Source of the DNA: Octopus sinensis
Taxonomy: Eukaryota
Length of the DNA: 64,000 nt
Assembly (NCBI RefSeq): GCF_006345805.1
Contig: NC_043006.1
Coordinates: 64,046,001-64,110,000 of the forward strand
Reading direction: 5' to 3'
Both the position numbers and the translations under genes were made by a program. A model generated the notes under the pieces. That model saw only the letters and a list, made by a program, of their open reading frames with translations. It ran no database searches and was not told the origin of the DNA. Of the stretch, positions 1 through 10,985 are shown one piece after another (the stretch's first letter is position 1; each line of letters begins with the position of its first letter).

Positions 1-396
1 TTTTTTTGCTTTGTTTCTAAAGTATTGAGTTATCAGACAAATTCCTTCGTTTTTTTTTTCTTCTTCTTTATTAATTTTAGAAAAACATTTTTATCAAGGT
101 TTTTCTTTTTTTTTTTTTTGTAGCTCTATTTTTTTCTCTTCAACCATCTTTTGCCTACGGACCCCTTTAATTCCCATTTTGCGCAGGTAGACCCTCACAG
201 CCACTACATGTTTAAAAAAAAGCACCACTCTTTTTTTTAATTCTTAAATATTGATAAGGAATTATATAAACAACTGTTAAAATATTTCGTGTGATGTAGA
301 AGTAGAACCGATTTATTAATAACAAAATCTTCTCTGGATCCCCAAAGGCCATACGGATTCTCCTTGAGAATCATTGCACTACAACTATTGTTTATA

Positions 397-659
397 TTGG
401 GTTGGTGCATAATTATTGCGGCTTTTTTTAACAAATTTTATTCAATAAAAAAAAAATAACATGTAACAAAAACATCTTTAAATGATTATTCCGGAGCATA
501 TTCACCATCTACTTAAATTACTGCTTCCCATTTGCTTGGAAGACGGTTAGACTGTCATTTAAAGATGTTTTTGTTAGATATTGTTGTTATTATTTTTTTT
601 GAATAAAAAAAAATTGTTGAAAAAAAAAAAAAAGCCGCAATAATTATGCACCAACCCAA
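397..659. mobile_element. Internally deleted Tc1/mariner element (MITE) with TA target duplication
   Basis: Perfect 33-bp TIR TTGGGTTGGTGCATAATTATTGCGGCTTTTTTT at both ends, extending imperfectly to about 90 bp (397-485 / 555-659). TA flanks at 395-396 and 660-661. The core on the minus strand translates NRLPSKWEAVI*VDGEYAPE*, resembling a mariner transposase C-terminus. Confidence 0.9.
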
Positions 660-969
660 TATCTTTTGAAATTTGAATAAATTTTCCCTCTTTTCAAACA
701 TGATGATACAAAACAAAGTAGAAAGGGGTGGGAATGAATGAATTTATCAGACACCTCACTAATTGCTGTATGCTCAGCATAATATCTGGATCGCTCACAG
801 CACCAAAATGCCGTACATCTCAAAGGTAATTATTGCTACAACAACTAGTGTATTAAATGGTTTTATTATTTTTTGTCTTCAGATAAAAGGAGAGGTATGA
901 GAAATCATTTTGAAATGTAGAAATGGTGCAAGCCACGAGAAAGTTAAGAGTTACGTATGACTTTACTGT

Positions 970-1115
970 GGTCCTTCATTCTTACTAAACATAGCAGCTA
1001 AAAATCTCCATAAACCATAACTTACTGTCTTAAAAATGGAGCATGCAGATGTATTCTGGAAATAAAGCAGGATTGCATAACTAGAGTGTCCTTGACAAAA
1101 GGTCTGCAGATCTGG
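970..1115 (+). mobile_element. Old interspersed repeat family D, decayed copy
   Basis: Similar to the window-internal consensus TGCTAGAAATAGCAGCCAAAT...CTTACTGTCTTAAAAA...CTTTGATCATAGGTCTG shared by more than 10 copies. Confidence 0.45.
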
Positions 1116-1246
1116 AATCAAATATTAACAGCATGTGTACAAACATAGAAAAGGCAGGAGAGAATACAACTTGTCCAAAGAATCACACTGCATCCTATAC
1201 TGTTCATTAATTTATGCCACAGTGTGCAAATATGGTCTCCAGTTAC

Positions 1247-1306
<60 letters not shown>

Positions 1307-1390
1307 GACAAAAACACTGTATAATCTGAAATTGACAGCTGTGGCTCGCATCCAGTCGTTCGACTGACTAATAATATAAACCAGACAATG

Positions 1391-1602
1391 CGATGAGCCG
1401 GCAGAATCGTTAGCGCATCGAACAAAATGCTCAGTGGCATTTTTTCCGGTTCTTTACGTTCTGAGTTATGAATTCCGCCGAGATCGACTTTGCCTGCCAT
1501 CCTTTCGGGTCGGTAAAATAAGTTCCAGTTAAGCATTAAGGTTGATCTAATCGATTATCCCGCTCCCCTAAAATTGTCGATCTTGTGCTAAAATTTGAAA
1601 CC
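1391..1602 (+). mobile_element. tRNA-derived SINE family A, monomer
   Basis: Head GAGCCGGCAGAATCGTTAGC, box-B-like GAGTTATGAATTCC, body GCCGAGATCGACTTTGCC, tail AAAATTTGAAACC; matches other family-A copies. Confidence 0.85.
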
Positions 1603-2110
1603 GTTATACAAACTAGACGCAAATGGTATGGAAAAATATAGAAAAACATTGCTGCTACGAGAAGTGAACCCAGCAAAGGATGCACACATCTACAGACATA
1701 TATAGGGGCATATTTTGTAGGTAACCAACACAGAAAAAAAGAAAACTTGAACTGTCTGCAGTCATGTTTTGCATTGTTGTATGTAGTGTATCCATCCCTC
1801 ATCCATCAGATGGGAGCATTGGAAGACGTCAGTGATGCGTCATCTCTTCTGCACCTCTCTCCTTACGCTTTACAAGAACCAGACATCAAAGGAGCAGTTA
1901 TAGTATGGAAACATGCGCTGTAACAGCACGCCGCTGCATCCACCATTTGTTGGTGATTCCCTACTGCTGGCGGATGACATCTTTGCACTGCCCTCCAAAC
2001 CACGGGTCTGTTTGGGTAGTCGTTACTGATGAGGGTTTTAAAAGGTTGGAGTGGAAACCCGACCTCAGCCTCTTTTAGTCGCCTTTTTGGACATAGACTA
2101 AAGTGTAAAC

Positions 2111-2190
2111 CACTCATGGGCAAACTGCGGCCCGCACGACTTGCCGAATGGCACGCCTAACGAAAAACGCGGCCCGTTCTTCGAAAGGCA
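2111..2190 (+). mobile_element. hAT-type MITE family F, partial
   Basis: Starts CACTCATGGGCAAACTGCGGCCCGC (hAT/Charlie-like terminus) and shares CCGAATGGCACG..TAACGAAA with copies at 30795 and 37857. Confidence 0.55.
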
Positions 2191-2448
2191 CAACAATGGT
2201 TTCACAATGTCTTCTGCCCGTTTCTTTGCTAGTCTCCAGGTCTCTCCCGACGTTACTTATGAGGCACAAGGCCTAATTAAACACATAAGCAGCGAGGATG
2301 GAGGCGGCTAGTTCACGTGACATCAGAGTCTGTACACACATTGGTGGGACTGTGTGACATGTCTAGGAGCTAATCAACAAATATGCCGTAATGTTAGCTG
2401 AAAAGAGGTCAATTACTGCCTTAAAGAGGAGTGTAATAACTGTTGATA

Positions 2449-2627
2449 GGCGCTGGTAAGAAACTCGCTTAGCAACCACGTGGTTTCCGGTTCGGTCCTA
2501 ACGTGCGGCACTCTCTTCTATTATGGTTTGTTGTGTAAATTTAGTAAATGGAAGCTGTGTGAAAGCCCGTCGTATAGACGTATATATGCGAGTGTGTGTG
2601 CGCGCATTAGTCCGCCATCACCGCCTA
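2449..2627 (+). mobile_element. SINE family B, 5' half
   Basis: TGGTAAGAAACTCGCTTAGCAACCACGTGGTTTCCGGTTCGGTCC head followed by GAAAGCCCGTCGTATA. Confidence 0.7.
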
Positions 2628-2669
2628 AATAAGTAACCAGGTTTAAAATACGACATCGTTACTAATAAT

Positions 2670-2816
2670 TCTGTCTACTATAGGCACAAATGGACTGATA
2701 TTTGAGGAGAAGGGATTAAATCGATTACATCGACCCCAGTGCTAACTGGTACATAACTTACCGACCCCGAAAGGCAAAGTCGACCTCGGCGGAGTTTGAA
2801 CTCAGAACGTGAAGAC
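2670..2816 (-). mobile_element. SINE family A, 5'-truncated
   Basis: Reverse complement of the family-A body (TCGATTACATCGACCCCAGTG...GGCAAAGTCGACCTCGGCGGAGTTTGAACTCAGAACG). Confidence 0.85.
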
Positions 2817-3022
2817 TTTGTTACCAATAATAACGACAGCAGCGTTACTCTCCTTTCCCCCCCGAGTTCAAATCCAACTTGGAATAAGATTTTGCCGTTG
2901 TTGTTGCTGTTATTTTCTTAAACCTCATATCTGCCCCCTCTCGAATATGTCTAAACAAAAAGGGTTCAAGGGTTACATTCCCCGCGTTTTGTACACTGAC
3001 CAATGTGATGTTGTTGTTATTA

Positions 3023-3056
<34 letters not shown>

Positions 3057-3394
3057 AGGTAGATGGGCATGATTTGTATATTTCTTGCAGGCCAAACGAT
3101 CGACGAGTCCAAAGCTTCCTCACAGCGACGAGGAAGACTGTCACACGTTCGATCTTTAATAACTTTTTATCCTGTGTCAGGACAAAAAGGAAAGACCGAA
3201 TGTACCAGCAACACACTGGGCACTACTTAAATACAGAGGTCCCGTAGAGTTAGGGTTAATTTCAGTGTTAGCGTTAGTTTTTAGAGACCTCTGTATTGAA
3301 GTAGTACCATACACTGATCATCATCATCATAATCATACACACATATACATACATGCACATATATTTATGTATACACACACACACACACACGAAA

Positions 3395-3570
3395 ATCTGC
3401 TAGAAACAGCACTCAAATCCCCGTTAGATCATACTTTATCATCTTTAAAAACATGGAAGGACACATTGAATAACGTTGTCCAGGATGCACTTATGTGTTG
3501 ACAATGAAAAAAAAAATTTTTTAACAAAAAAAAAAAGGTTTGGACGTGTAGGATGGTTTAGGAATGATAT
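3395..3570 (+). mobile_element. Repeat family D copy
   Basis: CTGCTAGAAACAGCACTCAAATC...GGAAGGACACATTGAATAACGTTGTCC matches the family-D consensus. Confidence 0.6.
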
Positions 3571-3893
3571 AAGCTAAATAAATAATGAGAAGTAGCCCCT
3601 TCTCCGGCAACACAGCTCCCTAAACTGAACCTAACCTTCACAAAGCATTCTAATTTGTAGTCGCCACCATCTTCAACACCACCACCACCACCACTACTAC
3701 TACTACTATCACGAAAGCCACTACCACCATCACTATCAGCAGCAGCGGCAGAAACAGCAGTAGCAGCACCACCACCGCTACCTCAACTACAAATGCCATC
3801 AGCGGCAATATCACCAACAGCACCACCACCAGCATCACAACCATTTTGCTGTGTCTCAAAGTGATACAATCAGAGAGAGAGGAGGAAACAAAG

Positions 3894-3926
<33 letters not shown>

Positions 3927-4200
3927 TGTCCGTCCTTACCTGATATTTGTCCAGTGTCCGGACGGCATGCAGCTGTCCAAGACAGGACGACAGGAGTACA
4001 TAATAGTTCTTATAAAACAGCTGCCGGGTTTGATGTCCAAGAGACAGACAGGCGACACGTAAACAAGGTGAAAACCACATTCAAAAATGGTTTCGACAAC
4101 GGAATCAAAATTTTACGCCTTGCACTGCGTTTGACTGAGTGCGTGTGTGCGCGCGCGTTCAAGGCTTGTGGCTTTGTATTTCGAGACGAGATCACGATCA

Positions 4201-4271
<71 letters not shown>

Positions 4272-4382
4272 GATTACAAATGAGGGCAAATGTACTCAAT
4301 ACATTTACTTATTCACTCAGTCATCACTCAACGATTTCCACCATGTGCAAATCTTTCAGATGATATAGCGCGCGCGCATAAC

Positions 4383-4421
<39 letters not shown>

Positions 4422-4784
4422 TTGAGGTCATAAGAATTTATAAACTTCGGAAAGAACATGAAATAATTCTATTTTGTCGCAGCATTGTGAAAACGACGAA
4501 TGTTTCGCTGGTTTTCAATGCTATTTTCGTACAATACATGTTACAGAAGTCACCATTGTCGCAGGGACATATTTATCTCTCTCCCACTCATCACTATGGA
4601 AATCGGAGAGAAACGCCGCAAGCCCTTTGAAATATGAAACGGAAAAACCTAATTACACACGCAGCAATACAAACCTCAACAGTTTGGAAATAACCGAGAC
4701 CCAGCATATAGATATCATGCCTAAATACAACCCCCACCCCTTTTTCATAACATGTCCAGACAAACTATTGGACCAATATATTGC

Positions 4785-4994
4785 TTTCAAATTTTGGTAC
4801 AAGGCCAGCAAGTTCTGGAGAGGGGTTAAGTCGATTACATCGACCCCAGTGCTCAACTGGTACTTATTTTACTGACCTCGGAAAGATGAAAAGCAAAGTC
4901 GACCTCGGCGGAACTTGAACCCAGAATGTAAAGACGGACGAAATGCTGCTGGTTTTTTTGCCCGGCGTGCTAACGACTCTGCCAGCTCGCCGCC
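4785..4994 (-). mobile_element. SINE family A, full monomer
   Basis: Head GGCGGCGAGCTGGCAGAGTCGTTAGCACG on the minus strand, full body and AATTTGAAA-type tail. Confidence 0.9.
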
Positions 4995-5012
4995 GTATAG
5001 TCCCAATATATT

Positions 5013-5410
5013 CTTTTCTACTCAATGTACAAGGTCCGAAATTTTGGTGGGAAGGGACCAGTTGATTATATCGACCCCAGTATGCAACTGGTATTTATTT
5101 AATCGACCCGAAAGGATGAAAAGCAAAGTCGGCCTCGGCGGAATTTGAACTCAGAATGTAACGGCAGACGAAATACCTATTTCTTTACTACTCACAAGGG
5201 GCTAAACACAGAGAGGACAAAAAAGGACAGACGTGGGTATTAAGTCGATTACATCGACACCAGTGCGTAACTGGTACTTAATTTATAGACCCCGAAAGGA
5301 TGAAAGTCAAAGTCGACCTCGGCGGAATTTGAACTCAGAACGTAACGGCAGACGAAATACGGCTACGCATTTCGCCCGGCGTGCTAACGTTTCTGCCAGC
5401 TCGCCGCCTT
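5013..5410 (-). mobile_element. SINE family A dimer with target-site duplication
   Basis: Two body units joined by the multimer-specific linker; GTCCCAATATATT repeated at 5000-5012 and 5414-5426. Confidence 0.9.
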
Positions 5411-5570
5411 ATTGTCCCAATATATTAAAAAGGTTCATGAATTACTTCAATTTTGCACCACCAATCATTCTCTGCATATGTGGGCAGTACTATTTCACAC
5501 TGTATGTTGTACTACTAACGATTATATCAACAGATATAGTGAATATTTGACTGTTTTTTTTTGTACCATA

Positions 5571-5855
5571 TCTTTTACTTGTTTCACTCATTTGCACTTG
5601 GAGCTTTAAGTCGAACAAATCGACCCCAGTACGTTTTTTTAGACCTCGTATTATTCTAGGGTGGGACAAACACTAAATACGCGCGCGCGCACAGATTTCT
5701 GAGAGGCTTCTACAGTTTCAGCCTACCAAATTCACTTACAAAGCATTGGTTGGTCAGGAATAGAAGAAATTTGCCGAAGGAAGCCGAGCAGTGGAACTGA
5801 ACCCGAATCCAAGTGGCTGCAATGCGGGCTTCTTAACCAAATAGACATGCCTGCG
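5571..5855 (-). mobile_element. SINE family B, decayed full-length copy
   Basis: CTTTTACTTGTTTCA tail, CCAAATTCACTTACAAAGC body and GAACTGAACCCGAA head region. Confidence 0.75.
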
Positions 5856-6955
5856 ACTGACTATGTATGTATGTATGTAATGCATGTATGTATGTAATGT
5901 ATGTATGTAATGCATGCATGTATGTATGTAATGTATGTATGTATACACACACACATGCGAGAAGCATTTAAATATAGTTTGTACTACAATTATAACGATA
6001 CAAGCGACCATTACTGAAATGTATTGTACTGCTAACATATCAACAGATATGTGGTTTTTGTTGTTGTTACTACTGCTACTGCTGCTGCTGCTGCTGCTGC
6101 TGCTACTACTACTTATATTTGTAGTCAGTATTTAAATGTAATACTAAGCCTACTATTACATCTACATATGTAGTCAGTAATTGTATTTTGTGCTGTTAAG
6201 TATTACTACCATCAATGTCTGTCGGAAATGTATATATATGCATGCATACATACGTGTGTGTGTGTTGCCATCTGCCCATGTGTGTAAGTGGTTATTTCTT
6301 TACAAATTGTCCTCAGTAGAGCAATATATATTTTGTTTTATTAACCCTCATAGGCATACATACATGAAGTATATTGTGTTGCTATGTTACAGCGATTTTA
6401 TTGCATTCCGTTGCTACATACTCCATAGCTCGCCCAACGTATTTGAGACGTTCAGTAACAGCCGCGGCAATGTCTGAAGAAAACCGAATAACTCGATAAA
6501 ACCCCCGCCCAAATCAGTTGAAACACATTGTGTTCACGTTTAGGACAGGAATTTCAAAGTGTAATTTAGCCAGTACAACTAATTCTACACACGTCAGTTC
6601 ACAAGGTCTTGTTGTGGGGATAAACGTGTAGTACATCGCCTGAGAATGTTGCATAGGTGAGATTAGTGGCTTCTTCAGGCAAAGATTCATCTCTGATCCG
6701 TGTCAGCAATGTGAAATAGCTGAGAAGATGCTGCAATATAAACTGAACGAGGCCAGCGCTCTATGTGCATGCATGCATGCATACATACATACATACATAC
6801 ATGGGTGTGTGTGTGTGCGTGGTGGAAAGCAATCCATCGCTTTTTGTACACAACGTCATTCACCCATACATCTTTCCCTCATAACATGATAAAGAGGCTA
6901 GGCTGAAAAGAAAAAAACAGGGTGGATGACGTCGTAGGCCAATACCGAAGGATAG

Positions 6956-7003
<48 letters not shown>

Positions 7004-7006
<3 letters not shown>

Positions 7007-7199
7007 CAGTCGCCATGATAGATCAGTAACCACTATACACATTTTTGTCTCTCCTTGTTTTTTTTTCTGTGTCCCTTTCTGTAGAAGAGCGTAGGCTCGA
7101 AACGTAAAAGACTTTTTCTATTCCTGGGCGTTATACTTATACATCGGTTTGTTTTCTACACCACCTGTCTTCGTCTTTTTTTTTTTTGTGAACTCTCCC
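7004..7199 (+). mobile_element. ~200-bp hammerhead-bearing element in (TA)n (Penelope pLTR-like)
   Basis: Flanked on both sides by (TA)n; same architecture and GAGC..GCTCGAAACGT motif as 60416-60621 and 29640-29745. Confidence 0.6.
7075..7110 (+). ncRNA. Minimal type I hammerhead ribozyme motif, A6 mutated
   Basis: CTTT-CTGTAGA-A-GAGC gtag GCTC-GAAAC-GTA-AAAG: stem I 4 bp, stem II 4 bp, GUA triplet; core reads CUGUAGA instead of CUGANGA. Confidence 0.65.
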
Positions 7200-7216
7200 A
7201 TATATATATATATAAT

Positions 7217-7253
<37 letters not shown>

Positions 7254-7972
7254 TATGTGTAAAGTTGAAAAGCCAAAAGCGACATTTATCGTCCGGGAAA
7301 AATCTCATTATAGACAGATCATGTTTAAAAAATACACACAATATATAACAGAGTTATGCGAAACGAAATCACTTCGGAAGTGATCACGAAAGAGACAGAT
7401 GCAATTTCGTTTCGCCTAGCTCAGACTTGTTTCTTTTCTTTTAAGAGAAAACATCTATAAGGGGATTTTTTTTCGTCAGGGCGAAAACTGCAGCTTCTGC
7501 ATGTCAACGATACATACACGTTAAGAAAGTTATATAGATAAAAAAAATGTTACTCTAAAGCAGCTTCGATTGCATAATTCGATATATATGTATGAGATGT
7601 ACTTGTAGGTCGTGATAAAGTAGAAAACTGACGTATATCTAATGCAGCATTCAAGCCAACTCTTGGCTATTTACAATAACGAATTGAAACCTTGAGGAAA
7701 ATTGAAAGTCTATTGATGCAGAAACTTCAGGTACATTACTGGTAAAAGCAGTGTGTGTCTTATGAAGAGTAACATACAATGCAAGAAAACGAAGAATGAC
7801 TTCCACAAATATTGCGGAACTTTTCACGTGAAACTTTTTAAGGGCAATGCATTAGAAACGGAGAGTTACCGAAACAATGGTAATTAATAAAAAAAATTGC
7901 TAAATCCATACTTCGTCTTCTTAATTGTATCATATATTATTTAATAAAGCCAAATCATCAGGTTAGTACAAT

Positions 7973-8040
7973 CGGTTCTACCAGTCTGAAGAGTTAGGTT
8001 CGTTCGAGGAGCCGAGGAAACTTTAAGTTGCATAGAGCCG
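7973..8040 (+). ncRNA. Type I hammerhead ribozyme motif
   Basis: CTGAAGA at 7986-7992, stem II 7994-8001/8009-8015, GAAA 8017-8020, stem III ACTTtAAGT, GUU triplet, stem I CGGTTCTA/TAGAGCCG with an internal loop; G10.1-C11.1 pair broken. Confidence 0.65.
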
Positions 8041-8269
8041 TTTCAAGGTATTATTAAGTAATATAACTCCCATCGAATGTACTGAGTGGTACTCTCTTTC
8101 GTTTGTCCACCCACTCGTGTGTGTGTGTGTGACTGAGTCGATGCTAGACTATATCCAGTTCAATGCTTCGCTGGTCCAAGTTCAAGCTCCACCGATGTCG
8201 GGAGATTATGAAAACAAGCTACCATAAATACAACATATTCAAAACAAATGGCGCACACGCACACTTCGG

Positions 8270-8715
8270 GCAAGACTTTTGCTCGTCCCCCCCCCCAAAA
8301 AAAACACTCAAAAAAACTTTTTTCGACCCCCACCCCCTTCCGCTACGGGGAATACGAATCAGCAAAAAAATTGGCAAGAATCGGCATTTTTAAATTACCA
8401 CCCCACCCCACCCCATCTCCGTTTTATTTTCTTTTTTCTTCTTTTTTTTTTCTTCTTTTTTTTTTAAATATGCGGAAAAATACGGACATGATTCGGACAA
8501 AAATTTCAAAACATTTCTGTAGTTACGGGTAGGGTTAAGGGTTAGGGTTTTAGGATTAGTGTTTGAGAAAAAAATCAAGATTGAAGAATTTGGTGAGGGG
8601 GGGGGGAGAAATTTTCACAATGCCGATTTTTGGCAATTTTCCGGAACCTCCGTATCCGAAAACGGGTTTCTTTCGGGGGGTGGGGGAATGACAAAAAATG
8701 GAGGGGGGGTCTTTC
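8270..8715. mobile_element. Foldback/MITE-like element with imperfect inverted arms
   Basis: AAAATTGGCAAGAATCGGCATT (8367-8388) is inverted at 8619-8640 with 20/22 identity, with weaker similarity outward; central GGGTTAGGG-type motifs. Confidence 0.5.
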
Positions 8716-8971
8716 TATACTTCATTATTACCTAATATAATATTTACAATATATGTTACGTTTAGTCAAATATTCAGAATTATGATTTAAAAAAGTAAAA
8801 CAAAATTGTGCGATAGAATTAAAAAATAATGGTAATGGCATGCGCTCGATATTATGATAAACACAAAGTTGTATAATAGAATGTAGTAGTGATTATTATA
8901 AACATAACCAGGATACCGAATATTTAATTCCCTTAATAATATACTCTTGGTATATGCTAATTGCTAGTGGG

Positions 8972-9022
8972 ATAGGCATCTGACGATAAGTCGTCTGCTC
9001 GACGAAACACTGTGTTTGCTAT
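8972..9022 (+). ncRNA. Degenerate type I hammerhead ribozyme motif
   Basis: CTGACGA 8980-8986, stem II GTCG/CGAC, GAAA 9004-9007, stem III ACACtGTGT, GUU triplet, bulged stem I ATAGGCA/TGCTAT. Confidence 0.55.
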
Positions 9023-9744
9023 GTTTCCCAGCATTTTGTGCGTTGTTTTAATCAGGGGTGGCTGACAAGGAAACCGACTGTACATGCCCGGCCGGAAACA
9101 CAAACATACAACTGCAATTCCGTGTGTGTGTGTGTGTGTGCGGATGTAGTACATGTATACAGACATAATACGAATATAAAGAGAAAAAAAATATAAAACG
9201 ACTGAAAATTTCAGCATCCACAAACAGACAGACTGGAGGTGATTTAATCGATTCTGCAAGGGAAGTTGACAGAACTGTTAGAGAGCATCAGATAGAATTC
9301 TTTGCGGTATTCGAATACCGCAAACGATATATTCGTTTCGGCTCTCTGTATCACGAGATCAAATCTAGTCGAAGTCAACTCTGCCTTGTGCAGATCTGGA
9401 AGTAGATGGGCTCCACCAGGATAAAATACCCATGACACTATAGCATCCCCAAGTCACCGCCAGGAGTTGGACTCCTTGCTTGTATATGTATGTTTTTTTC
9501 TTTTTTTTTTTCCTTTTTTCTTTTTTGGTCATTATCAATAAACTGCAGAATCAGTAGCGTTATTTAGGGAGAAATAAAAATTAAAGTCAGGTCGATAGCT
9601 CAGGCCAGTAACGTCCACCCTGCATTGAGCACCAATACTAGAGATGAGCGAAATACGTCCGTAAATCTCACCTTTGGTCTTGCGTTCACATTATGTGATC
9701 TTTTGAGCCCTTCTGAAAAACCTGGTGTACGTACCATCAATATA

Positions 9745-9850
9745 AAACCATTACAACGAACTATTGCAACAGAAATTCGCTGAATGAAACCAAGAAGCTG
9801 CTGCTTCTGTCTTGTATCAAACGAGGCGACGGCCAAGCTGCTTGAGGTAA
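9745..9850 (-). mobile_element. Decayed CRE-like (RLE-type) non-LTR retrotransposon C-terminal fragment
   Basis: Minus strand reads YLKQLGRRLV*YKTEAAASWF, then after a frameshift IQRISVAIVRCN. This resembles the LxxLGRRL...WLFQRISVAIxRGN ending I recall for CRE-clade ORFs. Confidence 0.45.
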
Positions 9851-10753
9851 GACGGTGGTCGAAGGTGCACGTACGCCAGTTATTTAGTTACATATCTTTT
9901 TTACACACTGAGTTCAAATCCAGTGTGGAGGGGATCGATTCTACCTTTTATGAGTTGATAAAATTGACTATCAGTTAAGTCTGGGAATTATCTAATGCAA
10001 TAGACCCCCACCCACCTTGCTATCTTAAACTACTCCCAGAAAGTTTCTGTCCCCATAGTCTTGTCACCCGTTATAATTGGCGGATTTTAGAACTTGATTA
10101 GTCTCCCTAATATTAGACGCTCCAGATATAGCATTCCCTCGGATAAATGATATAAGATTTTGACTCCTATCTCCAGCTTTAACCCTACTGTTATCATCAG
10201 TGTAGGAGCCGGATGGACTGGTCAATGTTAAAATTTCTACTTACTGATATTATTGTAGGTTTAATCTTCCATGTTTGTGGGATTAATGGATTAATTACTA
10301 ACATAGTACGTAGAATTACCCTAATTGATCATATTTCTCTGACAAAAAAAGAACCATCATCATCATCACTACCATCACTGGGGTGGTGGATTGGCAGACT
10401 TGTTTCAAATCCCGCTAAAGAAAATTTTGGCTTTCATCCTTCCTTCAAGAAAATAAAGCATCAGTCAAGTGCTGGATTCGTTATGATTGTTCCTTTCTCC
10501 CGCTTTTTATTTTACGCCAGAAACAATTATCAGGAGCAGCACCACCACCACCACCAACACCACCATTGCTTCACCGAACACAGAGTATTTGAGTTCAGTC
10601 TCACCACATTCTTATACCATACTGCTCATTAATCATAATCAGGGCCCCATGGAGTGAAAACAGAACTACTATTTTGCTGCGCGCTTACCCACACCGCATC
10701 AAGCCAGAATGTAAAAATACTGCAAACGATAGTGGTCAGCTGTCTATTTCAGC

Positions 10754-10985
10754 CAGTGGTTCTCAACCGGGTCCACATAGCCCTCAGGAGCCATACAAAA
10801 TTTTGTTATTAAAATTTATCTCCAATAAATTGTTTATACTTGTATAAAATACAAAAAATTTTAACAATTTTTAAAATACAATTTCTGATAATATTTAATT
10901 ACAATAAGGTTTCTCTAAAACATCGAATAACTATGAGAGTACAGCAGAGCAAAACAGGAATCAAAAGGGTCCATAGATAAAAAGG
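10754..10985 (+). mobile_element. hAT (Charlie-like) MITE, 3' TIR lost
   Basis: Begins CAGTGGTTCTCAACC and ends GGGTCCATAGATAAAAA, like the 35838 MITE subterminus. Confidence 0.6.

Noticed and set aside
7670-7745. RIETLRKIESLLMQKL as a possible GIY-YIG C-terminus upstream of the 7973 hammerhead
   Set aside because: The contextual fit is attractive but the similarity is too weak, and the upstream GIY/YIG motifs were not found.
8524-8560. GGGTTAGGG telomere-like motifs
   Set aside because: Only two or three imperfect units inside a foldback element; not an interstitial telomere array.
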